A DNA stretch of 54,138 nt from Acutalibacteraceae bacterium. GTDB lineage: Bacteria; Bacillota; Clostridia; Oscillospirales; Acutalibacteraceae. Positions 35,630-43,848 of this stretch are shown here, in pieces. Within the stretch, counting starts at the first letter, position 1; the number at the start of each line of letters is the position of its first letter. The translations under genes were made by a program, and so were the position numbers. The DNA lies in NCBI GenBank assembly GCA_045648065.1, contig JAZRNG010000098.1:1-54138 (forward strand). Reading direction: 5' to 3'. The notes beneath the pieces are model-generated. The model saw only the letters and a program-made list of their open reading frames with translations. It did not search any database and was not told where the DNA came from.

Positions 35630-37261
35630 TTACTTTTTCTTGCTCTTTTTCACTTTTTTATTGCCGTTTTTTCTTGCAGCGATTTCAGCAACCATTTCGC
35701 GCTGTTTCTTTTCAGTAATAGTATAGAAGAACATCGGGACAGCACAAGCAAACATACTGATTACACCCGAAAGAATGAGTGTATTCCAAAGAGCATCCTT
35801 GTCTGCAACTTCATAAGTTCTTGCGTTGATACCTGCAATACTCATTGAAAGTACACCTATGAAAGCACCAACTGCCATACCGATCTTGTTGATAAGAGTC
35901 TGCATAGCAAAGCAGATACCTTCGCCTCTTTCGCCTGTTTTCCATTCGAGATAATCAACTGTATCACCGATCATAGCATAAGTGATAATATTATTAACAC
36001 CCTGCGGAATACCAAGAAGAACAAGACCGATAGCACAGATAATCATCTTCCACGGAGCATCATAACCGACAAAGTACATAATCGTCATCACAATACCACC
36101 AAAAATGTGAACAGCAATATATGACCATTTCTTTGTAAATTTCTTAGACATCCACGGAACAAGAATCGAAGCAACAAGACCGCCCGGTACAACAAGAAGC
36201 GTGATTACACCATACAATCCTTCATTGTGAAGAACATATTTGGCAAAGTAAAGACCACCTGTATATGAATATACCATTCTCGCACCACCGAGAACACCTG
36301 AAAGAACAATGAGAAGAAGTTCTTTATTCTTAAACAAAAGCTTAAGATTGTGGCCGAATGAAGGCGGGTTTTCGTCAGAGGTAAAACGTTCCTGTGTATT
36401 CTTAAAGCCATAGAAAAACATAGGAATAGCTAAAACAACAAGGACAACGGCACTAATGAAATATACCCACTTAAGCATGTCTGCATTTGCGATTTCAGAA
36501 CCGACCTTAACGGTTCCGACAAATGTCTGTATAGCATCCGTTTCAGTAATACCCTGATTAGCCACCATGTTAGCAATAGCTTCAGCTTTATCCTTGAGAA
36601 TAAGTGCTTTATCAGCTGCTGTATCTGCATACTTAAATTTTTCTGTAAGAGCACCTGTGATCATAGGAATGAAAACAGTAACGATACCTGCACCTACAGT
36701 ACAGAACATACGAGCAACTGTGAGGATATTGCCACGAACAGTCGTATCATTTGTAAGACAAGTCGAAAGACCCCAATATGGAACGTCAGCAATAGTATAA
36801 ACTACGCTCCATACGACGTAAATTACAGCAATAGTGACAAAAGCCTGAGTTGTCTGAGTGCCGTTATAAACATTCTCTGCACTGAAAATCGGTAAAAAGC
36901 AGAGAATTGTCATAATGCCGATCGGAAACGCCATCCACTTAAGATAAGGGCGACACTTACCCCACTTAGTACGTGTCTTGTCAACAACAGAACCCATAAT
37001 AGGATCGTTCAAAGCGTCAAAAATACGGGCACCGAGCATAAGTACAGCTACGGCTATAGCACCGCTCATCGTACCAACAGTAACACCATCAGCACCAAAA
37101 AGAAGTGCGTCAGTCATAAACACGGTTATGTACGAACCAATAATAGTACAAATAAAGTTCTGACCAAAGCCGGCTACGCTATACGCCAAAGCCTCTTTAG
37201 GCTGAACTCCGACACCGGGTGTGGTGCCGAACAACGAATGTAAAGAAAACTTTTTCTTCAT
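35630..37261 (-). CDS. glycoside-pentoside-hexuronide (GPH) family sugar:cation symporter
   Basis: About 12 TM segments. RIFDALNDPIMGSVVDKT motif typical of MelB/GPH. ATG at 37261 lies 7 nt after GGAGGAAGAAGG. Lys-rich C-terminal tail. Confidence 0.75.
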   Translation of the reverse strand: MKKKFSLHSLFGTTPGVGVQPKEALAYSVAGFGQNFICTIIGSYITVFMTDALLFGADGVTVGTMSGAIAVAVLMLGARIFDALNDPIMGSVVDKTRTKWGKCRPYLKWMAFPIGIMTILCFLPIFSAENVYNGTQTTQAFVTIAVIYVVWSVVYTIADVPYWGLSTCLTNDTTVRGNILTVARMFCTVGAGIVTVFIPMITGALTEKFKYADTAADKALILKDKAEAIANMVANQGITETDAIQTFVGTVKVGSEIANADMLKWVYFISAVVLVVLAIPMFFYGFKNTQERFTSDENPPSFGHNLKLLFKNKELLLIVLSGVLGGARMVYSYTGGLYFAKYVLHNEGLYGVITLLVVPGGLVASILVPWMSKKFTKKWSYIAVHIFGGIVMTIMYFVGYDAPWKMIICAIGLVLLGIPQGVNNIITYAMIGDTVDYLEWKTGERGEGICFAMQTLINKIGMAVGAFIGVLSMSIAGINARTYEVADKDALWNTLILSGVISMFACAVPMFFYTITEKKQREMVAEIAARKNGNKKVKKSKKK

Positions 37262-37330
37262 TACAAGACCTTCTTCCTCCAAATTTTATTCATTTTAACA
37301 TAATTTAATTATGTTTGTAAACAGAAAAAA

Positions 37331-37370
37331 TAAAAAACCTACCTTAATCACAAAATAATGGTAGGTTTTT
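37331..37370 (-). terminator. terminator after spoIIR
   Basis: aaaaaacctacc / ggtaggtttttt, perfect 12-bp arms. Confidence 0.8.
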
Positions 37371-37400
37371 TATCTAAAACAGCTATATATTGTTTATCAG

Positions 37401-38009
37401 CTAGTTGCAAATCTTGTTTCTGAATTTTTCATATAGTTCAATAATCTTAAATCTTGGCTCATACTCAGGTTTTCTTTTCACAAGTTTAAATTCTTTTTCA
37501 CTTAACGTTGTTTTCAATATATCATCTTCATCTGCCGCTGAAACACACATCGGTGGAAACATTACACACCACCAGTTTTTGCCTTTGCCTTCCCCTATTC
37601 TGACGATTAACGAAAGATATTTCCCAGCAGGTAAAGTAACGTTTTCATATGTTCTTGTTTCAAAATATTCTTCATCAATACTGATGTTGACAGTATAATC
37701 AAACCCATGTTTTTCGATCACTTCAGATGCAATTTCTGAAAGCTTATCTATCTGAGGCGTAATTCTTTCAACAGCATTTTCTACAGTAACAGTTCCATCA
37801 AATATTTCACTTCCTTCACTCAAAATTGCATCACGTACTGCTATTTTTAAATTCTGATCAACAGAAGAATCAGAATTAGCTATAACATGCAGACGAAGTA
37901 CATTCTCTCTGATATGTGCAGATGTATGTGCAAAAGACAAAACGCTGAAAACAATACATATAATAACACTTATAGCGAGTGAAACTTCTAATTTTCTGAA
38001 TAAAGACAT
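37401..38009 (-). CDS. spoIIR: stage II sporulation protein R
   Basis: Signal/TM segment, then LRLHVIANSDSSVDQNLKIAVRDAIL and NWWCVMFPPMC. Confidence 0.85.
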   Translation of the reverse strand: MSLFRKLEVSLAISVIICIVFSVLSFAHTSAHIRENVLRLHVIANSDSSVDQNLKIAVRDAILSEGSEIFDGTVTVENAVERITPQIDKLSEIASEVIEKHGFDYTVNISIDEEYFETRTYENVTLPAGKYLSLIVRIGEGKGKNWWCVMFPPMCVSAADEDDILKTTLSEKEFKLVKRKPEYEPRFKIIELYEKFRNKICN

Positions 38010-38063
38010 ACGATCAACTCCTCGTTTTTGATTTCAAACGAATTGTTGACCGTATGTTATAAA

Positions 38064-39068
38064 TTATTCATAAACAGACAATATTTCTTTTGTCTTTTCG
38101 ACTAAAGCATCCGAAAGCTGCTTCGGAGCAAGAACCTTGATATCAGATCCGTACTGCATTATCCAACTGATAAGACCGCTACTTAATTCAACATCTGCTT
38201 TAAAAATAAAACTGTCTTCATCATAAATCTTAAGCGGTATTTCATCGCCGAACTTTTCAAGAATATCATCAATAATTTTGTTGTTACAGCAAAGCTCAAT
38301 TTCACCAGATTCGCCGGTAAACATATTGAAAATTTTATTTGAATAGTCAGCAGTATCAAACTTGTGTATGTACTTAGATACCTTTGAAAAATGTTTAGCC
38401 GGACTGTCAAGCAGCTTTACCTCACTGATTCTATCGAGTCTGAGATGCATCAGATTATTGTACTTATCATTATTGCACACTAAATAATAATGATCGTTTG
38501 ACCATAGAAGCGAATAAGGATTTATAAGAAACACTTTACCCTCAGTTGTCTTTAGATATCTGTTTTCCAGTTTTCTTTTTACATATGTAATCTGAACCTG
38601 CTTCGTTTTTTTGATTGCTGTATCAAGAATCTTAATTATATCATAGAGATCTTCTTTTTCAGACTTGAAAGTACTGTCAACATAAATCTGTTCACGAAGC
38701 TCCTCTTCCTGAAATTCGCTTAGCATACTTCCTATTTTATAAATAAGGGCTTTTGTCTTTCTGGAGGAGATAAATTTTGCCGCCTGAACAGCATCAATCA
38801 GCAATCGTACCTCAGCTACATCAAACTTACGGTCATTGAGATAATATCCCCTCTTGGGACTCCTGACATTAACGATATCCATTCCGTACTCTTTGAGTGC
38901 ATCGATATCACTGTAAATTGATTTTCGTTCACAGTTTATACCGTATTCAGAAAGCAGATCACAAAGCTCATTAGCTGAATAAACATGATCTTTATCAGTC
39001 TGACGGGTAAAGATATCGTGTAAAAAAAGTAATTTAATTTTATTGAGTTCTTTACCCAAATCAAACAC
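38064..39068 (-). CDS. HTH plus WYL-domain transcriptional regulator
   Basis: N-terminal winged-HTH region (YSANELCDLLSEYGINCERKSIYSDIDAL) and WYL core (LINPYSLLWSNDHYYLVC). GTG start 1 nt after the GH2 stop. Confidence 0.7.
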   Translation of the reverse strand: MFDLGKELNKIKLLFLHDIFTRQTDKDHVYSANELCDLLSEYGINCERKSIYSDIDALKEYGMDIVNVRSPKRGYYLNDRKFDVAEVRLLIDAVQAAKFISSRKTKALIYKIGSMLSEFQEEELREQIYVDSTFKSEKEDLYDIIKILDTAIKKTKQVQITYVKRKLENRYLKTTEGKVFLINPYSLLWSNDHYYLVCNNDKYNNLMHLRLDRISEVKLLDSPAKHFSKVSKYIHKFDTADYSNKIFNMFTGESGEIELCCNNKIIDDILEKFGDEIPLKIYDEDSFIFKADVELSSGLISWIMQYGSDIKVLAPKQLSDALVEKTKEILSVYE

Positions 39069-39069
39069 C

Positions 39070-40824
39070 TCAATACTTCATTTTCTGATTAATCTGCTTG
39101 ATTGTATTTTCATCAATCTTCAGAAGCTCACGGTCATATGTGAATATGCCGTTAACTTCAAATTCAACGTCACTGACCTGTGTATAAACAGTAGCACAAA
39201 GGCCCTTGCTTATCTTAGGTATGATCTGACGCTCAAACAATTTCTTATAAGCTTTTGTAAGGGAAGCTTTATCCTTGTACATTATATAGCCAAAGCTCTT
39301 TTTATCATTCCATATATGATTTTCGATCTTTCTGCTATAACCTCCGAACTCAGTCAAAGCAAAAGGTCTGCCATCATTTTTACGCATAGTAACAGGAAGT
39401 ATGTAGCGGTGCATACTGTTGATTTCCGGTCCTCCCTGATCGTGCCAACCGCTTGCATGGTCAACAATTCGTGAAGGGTCGTATGCTTTTACCTGTTCAC
39501 CAATACGTTTAGCATCAAACTGTCCCCAGGCCTCATTGAATGGAACCCAACAACCAATTGACGGAAAATTATAAAGATTATCAATTGTTTCATACATAGC
39601 CTTTTCATGCTCTCTGCGACATTCTTCCGGAGCTACTTTGAAAAGATTATAGTTTGAGTCATCAGCTTTTCTTATTCCGATATTCGGCAGGAATCCTACA
39701 ACGAAATTATCGATCTTTTCTGCACCGCAAACCATATCCTGCCATACTATTATTCCAAGTCTGTCACAGTGATAATACCAACGCTGAGGTTCAACTTTAA
39801 TATGCTTTCTGAGCATATTAAAGCCAAGATCTTTCATTGCTTTAATATCAAATATAAGAGCATCATCACAAGGGGCAGTCATACCACCGTCACTCCAGTA
39901 ACCCTGATCAAGAAGTCCGTTCTGGAAGTATGGCTTATTATTAAGACAAAGTCGAGGAATCCGCTTATCATCATATCCGACACTGAACTTTCTCATTCCG
40001 AAGTAACTTGTAACAGCATCAAGAATATTTCCGCTCTCATCACAAAGTGCTAAAGCAATGTCATAAAGAAAAGGATCTTCAGGACTCCATAAATGAGGGT
40101 TTTTGATGTTAATTACAGCGTTTTCACGTTCAACTTCACCTGCAAAAACTATACGTTCGCCCTCTTTTACAATTGCCTTGATATGAGCTGAACCCTCAAA
40201 ATATGTAGAAAGCTTAACAGAACAGTTATCAATATCAGGTGTCATCTTAATCTTTTTGACATAGATATCATCAACAGGCTCAAGCCACACCGTCTGCCAT
40301 ATTCCGCTTGTCGCAGTATACCAAAAACCTTTACTTTCACGCACCTGCTTACCTCTGTCCTGCCAGTTTGCATCAGTAGGATCGTATACACGGACAATCA
40401 GTTCATTTTCTCCATTAGAAACACTATCAGTAATATCCACTGAAAAAGGTACATATCCGCCTGTATGCTCAGTAACGAGATTTTTGTTTATATACACCTT
40501 ACATTTCCAGTCAACTGCACCAAAATTAAGAATGACTCTTTTGCCTCTAAATGCTTTATCAAGAATAAACTTCTTTCTGTACCATAAGAAATTGTCAGGC
40601 TGAATCGTTCTGCCTACGCCCGAAAGATAGCACTCCGGCGCAAAAGGTACGATTATCTCACCGTCATATTTTTCGGGAAATCGTTCATCTAAACCGGTAA
40701 CAGCATACTCATATCTACCGTTAAGATTCTGCCAATCATTTCTGACAAGCTGTGGTCTTGGGTATTCAGGAAGCGGACAATCAGGATTAATATCCTCAGT
40801 CCAACGTGTTTTCATTTCAATCAT
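39070..40824 (-). CDS. glycoside hydrolase family 2 enzyme (cytoplasmic)
   Basis: Sugar-binding, Ig-like and TIM-barrel layout. Acid/base motif FNEAWG, nucleophile motif LTEFGG. No signal peptide. ATG at 40824 lies 8 nt after GGAG. Confidence 0.8.
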   Translation of the reverse strand: MIEMKTRWTEDINPDCPLPEYPRPQLVRNDWQNLNGRYEYAVTGLDERFPEKYDGEIIVPFAPECYLSGVGRTIQPDNFLWYRKKFILDKAFRGKRVILNFGAVDWKCKVYINKNLVTEHTGGYVPFSVDITDSVSNGENELIVRVYDPTDANWQDRGKQVRESKGFWYTATSGIWQTVWLEPVDDIYVKKIKMTPDIDNCSVKLSTYFEGSAHIKAIVKEGERIVFAGEVERENAVINIKNPHLWSPEDPFLYDIALALCDESGNILDAVTSYFGMRKFSVGYDDKRIPRLCLNNKPYFQNGLLDQGYWSDGGMTAPCDDALIFDIKAMKDLGFNMLRKHIKVEPQRWYYHCDRLGIIVWQDMVCGAEKIDNFVVGFLPNIGIRKADDSNYNLFKVAPEECRREHEKAMYETIDNLYNFPSIGCWVPFNEAWGQFDAKRIGEQVKAYDPSRIVDHASGWHDQGGPEINSMHRYILPVTMRKNDGRPFALTEFGGYSRKIENHIWNDKKSFGYIMYKDKASLTKAYKKLFERQIIPKISKGLCATVYTQVSDVEFEVNGIFTYDRELLKIDENTIKQINQKMKY

Positions 40825-40842
40825 AAATTCATCTCCACACAA

Positions 40843-41163
40843 TTAAAATGTTTTTAATGTTTTTTCTTCAGCTTCATTAAGCCAAGTTTCAGCATCAGCA
40901 ATCCCCTGTGGTGATGCATCAAATGTTTTTTCGTTTATAAGTTCATTATCCGTTGAATCGTATGTTTTTTCCCCGACATAATGAGCGGCATTGAGTGTAA
41001 GTCCGTCATCATTCTTACTCAACCATACACGATACCTGAACGTCTTTGACGGAACAATTCCGTAGAACGGATCGCACCCGGCAGAACCTGAATAGATATT
41101 ACCGTCACCACGGAAAGGAATGTTCCCTAAAAACCATATATAGTTTGGTAATTTAACCATCAC
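40843..41163 (-). CDS. hypothetical protein (106 aa)
   Basis: Tightly packed between the GT2 and GH2 genes. No recognisable motif. Confidence 0.5.
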   Translation of the reverse strand: MMVKLPNYIWFLGNIPFRGDGNIYSGSAGCDPFYGIVPSKTFRYRVWLSKNDDGLTLNAAHYVGEKTYDSTDNELINEKTFDASPQGIADAETWLNEAEEKTLKTF

Positions 41164-41173
41164 ACACCTCTAT

Positions 41174-42193
41174 TCACTTTTTACTAATCATTGTTTTATA
41201 ATTCAAAATTTTGAACATAATATAAATCAAAAGTGAGTTCTTATTTCTGATAAACTTATCCAGAAGCATATCAACATTTGTTTTAAAAGCGGTATACTCA
41301 TCACTTGAAGTATATAAAGAATAAAAAGTATCATTGTTAAGCACAAGCGAAATGTACTCAACTGCATCCTTATTCTTTAAATAAGTAGCTGCCGTCTTCA
41401 AAGAGAAAAAACTTTTAAACAGAAAAGACGATACCAGCCATTCATCAATCTGAGCCTTATTGCAATCAGACTCACAGAAATACGCATACTTCCAATTATA
41501 AATAAAAAGAAAGGTTTCAAAAGATTTTGAAACGACTGATGTCGTGTTTGACTCATTGACAAAGTAATAATATACAGGTTCATCCACAATCGATAAAGTT
41601 TTACAAAACCTAAGATAAGTGTAGACAAAAACCATATCTTCTGCAAGCTTCCTATCAGGCGGAAAACATATATCATTCTCTAATATTATTTTTCGTTTAA
41701 ATAATTTCGCCCAACACGTATAAAAAAAGTTATTTGATGAAGCTAATATTCCATTAAGTTGTTCTTTGATTTCATCCATTTTCAAAAAACCACTTGATAA
41801 GTAAGACTGATATTCAGCAACAATCCTGTCATCTGATATATGTTCTGCACATATTATATCAGCTTCACCAAATTTATACATCTTTGAAAAGGCATCTTCA
41901 AGAAGGTAATCATCACTATCAATAAAACAGATCCACTCACCTTCCGCGCAACGGATTCCGTTATTCCGTGCAACTGAAACACCGGAATTTTTCTGGTGAA
42001 TAACTTTAATGTTATCAAACCTACCGGAATAACTGTCACAAATATCAGAAGATCCGTCATCAGAACCGTCATCAACAAGAATAAGCTCGTTTTCGTAAAA
42101 ATCCGGTTGATTTATAACAGAATCCACAGCACGACTCAAAAAATCACGACAGTTATATACCGGAATAATAACAGAAATCTTCTTGTTCATCAA
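41174..42193 (-). CDS. family 2 glycosyltransferase
   Basis: ISVIIPVYNCRDFLSRAVDSVINQ, LVDDGSDDGS, DSDDY (DxD). Confidence 0.88.
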   Translation of the reverse strand: MMNKKISVIIPVYNCRDFLSRAVDSVINQPDFYENELILVDDGSDDGSSDICDSYSGRFDNIKVIHQKNSGVSVARNNGIRCAEGEWICFIDSDDYLLEDAFSKMYKFGEADIICAEHISDDRIVAEYQSYLSSGFLKMDEIKEQLNGILASSNNFFYTCWAKLFKRKIILENDICFPPDRKLAEDMVFVYTYLRFCKTLSIVDEPVYYYFVNESNTTSVVSKSFETFLFIYNWKYAYFCESDCNKAQIDEWLVSSFLFKSFFSLKTAATYLKNKDAVEYISLVLNNDTFYSLYTSSDEYTAFKTNVDMLLDKFIRNKNSLLIYIMFKILNYKTMISKK

Positions 42194-42207
42194 AATCTCA
42201 CCCTAAA

Positions 42208-43848
42208 TCATCCGAAGAATTTTTTAAACAGAGCCTCAAGACCTGAACTTTCTTCTGCTTCCGGCTCGACTTTAACATCAGACTCACTTTGAGGAACCGC
42301 TTTAATGCTGTCAATTTTATAAACAAACACAACACTTGAAGTCATATTGCTTGCTTTAGTCGTGAAAATAGTATAACGTTTTCCGAGTTCAATCCAGGCT
42401 GTCATCTTAGCTGTAATTTCATCAGCATCTCCTGTAATTGTTGCAAACTGAGAAATACCACCGGCAGCAAGAGATCCCTCTACACTTGATATTGCAGATT
42501 CAATTGATGCTAAAGCATCACTCTCAGCAATAACTTTAAGTCCATCTATAAGATCTTTGTTTTCTTCAATAGCCTTCTGCAGCTCATTAAGTGTTGCAAC
42601 AGTCTGCGGAAGATTATCAATAGCCTTTTGTACTTCGGGATCTTTAAGATCTTCAGACATCTGCTTTAATAAATCCAGACCTTCCTGTATCTTCTCACCA
42701 CTGGCATCATCACCAAAAATGCTGTTGATTACACCTAACGCTTCCTCAAGACCCTCAAAATCAGCAGTAGAAATATAATCAGTCAAAAGCTGAATTGTCT
42801 GCATATTCTGAGGTGTTGCAAAATTATCAAGGAAATCTAAAAGTGCCTTGTTCTCATCGTACAACGTCGCAGCACGACCCACAAGAGCGCTAAGCTCACT
42901 GAGTTTATTGGGATTAGAAGTAAGTGTATTTAATAGTTCATCGGCATTAACATTCTGAAGAGTTTGTTGAATTGAACTGAGCTTTGACAAGTTCTCTCTG
43001 ACATCATCCATGGATGTAGAAATAGAATTAAGACCGATATCAAGTGAAGCAATAGGAATTGCTGCAAACATAAAGTTTCCTAATTCAAAATCTGATACAT
43101 CAGCAGAGATAACAAAAGTATCGTTAAAAGAATACTGGATATCTGTATTTGTATTCTGTGTTATGTCGGTAAGTCCAAGACTTTCATTAATACCCGGGAA
43201 ACCAACGAGAACCGCAAACTGTGTGTTAGCATTACCTACCGTTTTACCGTTCTGTACACTTATATTCTGGAAGCTATCCTCACTGAGTGCAACACCGCCT
43301 ACTACAACCATAGGTGTGTACATAACTATATCCTGACCGTTCACCTTAACAATCTCACTCTTAGTATTTTTCATTTTAACAACTATCTCAACGTGACCAC
43401 TTTTACCTACGAGTTTTTCGGCTGAGACAGCTGTACCGTTAAGGTAATATGTCAATTCAAATTCAAGAGGAAGCGGAGCAGTAGACATACCCTGATAATA
43501 CAGATCGGTTGTATCCATATACCATCTGAGATTCTGGCCTGAAACATCAGGAACTGAGTCATCTTTGATATTTTCGATCTGTGATAAATTAGTAACATCA
43601 TCTACATAAACCTGACTCTGAGTAGTATGAAGCCAGTCACTGACAATAGTCTGAGTAACCTTACCACCACTGTTAAGATTAACATAAACAGTTTCTGTCT
43701 TTTTAACAAGTCCGGCCGGAGTAGAATACTTAACCTGTTGTGTTTCAGGTTCAGATTCAAGCTGTTGTTCCGCTACTTTTCCGCATCCGCAAAGCAGGAG
43801 AAAAACTGCTACCAAAGCAAAACAGATTATTTTTTTAAATATCTTCAT
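42208..43848 (-). CDS. lipoprotein with a YhgE/Pip-like helical repeat region
   Basis: ATG at 43848 lies 8 nt after GAGGAA. Lipobox LLLCGCG. N-terminal beta-rich domain, then a long helical region rich in L-x-x-L/N repeats. No C-terminal TM segments. Confidence 0.55.
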   Translation of the reverse strand: MKIFKKIICFALVAVFLLLCGCGKVAEQQLESEPETQQVKYSTPAGLVKKTETVYVNLNSGGKVTQTIVSDWLHTTQSQVYVDDVTNLSQIENIKDDSVPDVSGQNLRWYMDTTDLYYQGMSTAPLPLEFELTYYLNGTAVSAEKLVGKSGHVEIVVKMKNTKSEIVKVNGQDIVMYTPMVVVGGVALSEDSFQNISVQNGKTVGNANTQFAVLVGFPGINESLGLTDITQNTNTDIQYSFNDTFVISADVSDFELGNFMFAAIPIASLDIGLNSISTSMDDVRENLSKLSSIQQTLQNVNADELLNTLTSNPNKLSELSALVGRAATLYDENKALLDFLDNFATPQNMQTIQLLTDYISTADFEGLEEALGVINSIFGDDASGEKIQEGLDLLKQMSEDLKDPEVQKAIDNLPQTVATLNELQKAIEENKDLIDGLKVIAESDALASIESAISSVEGSLAAGGISQFATITGDADEITAKMTAWIELGKRYTIFTTKASNMTSSVVFVYKIDSIKAVPQSESDVKVEPEAEESSGLEALFKKFFG

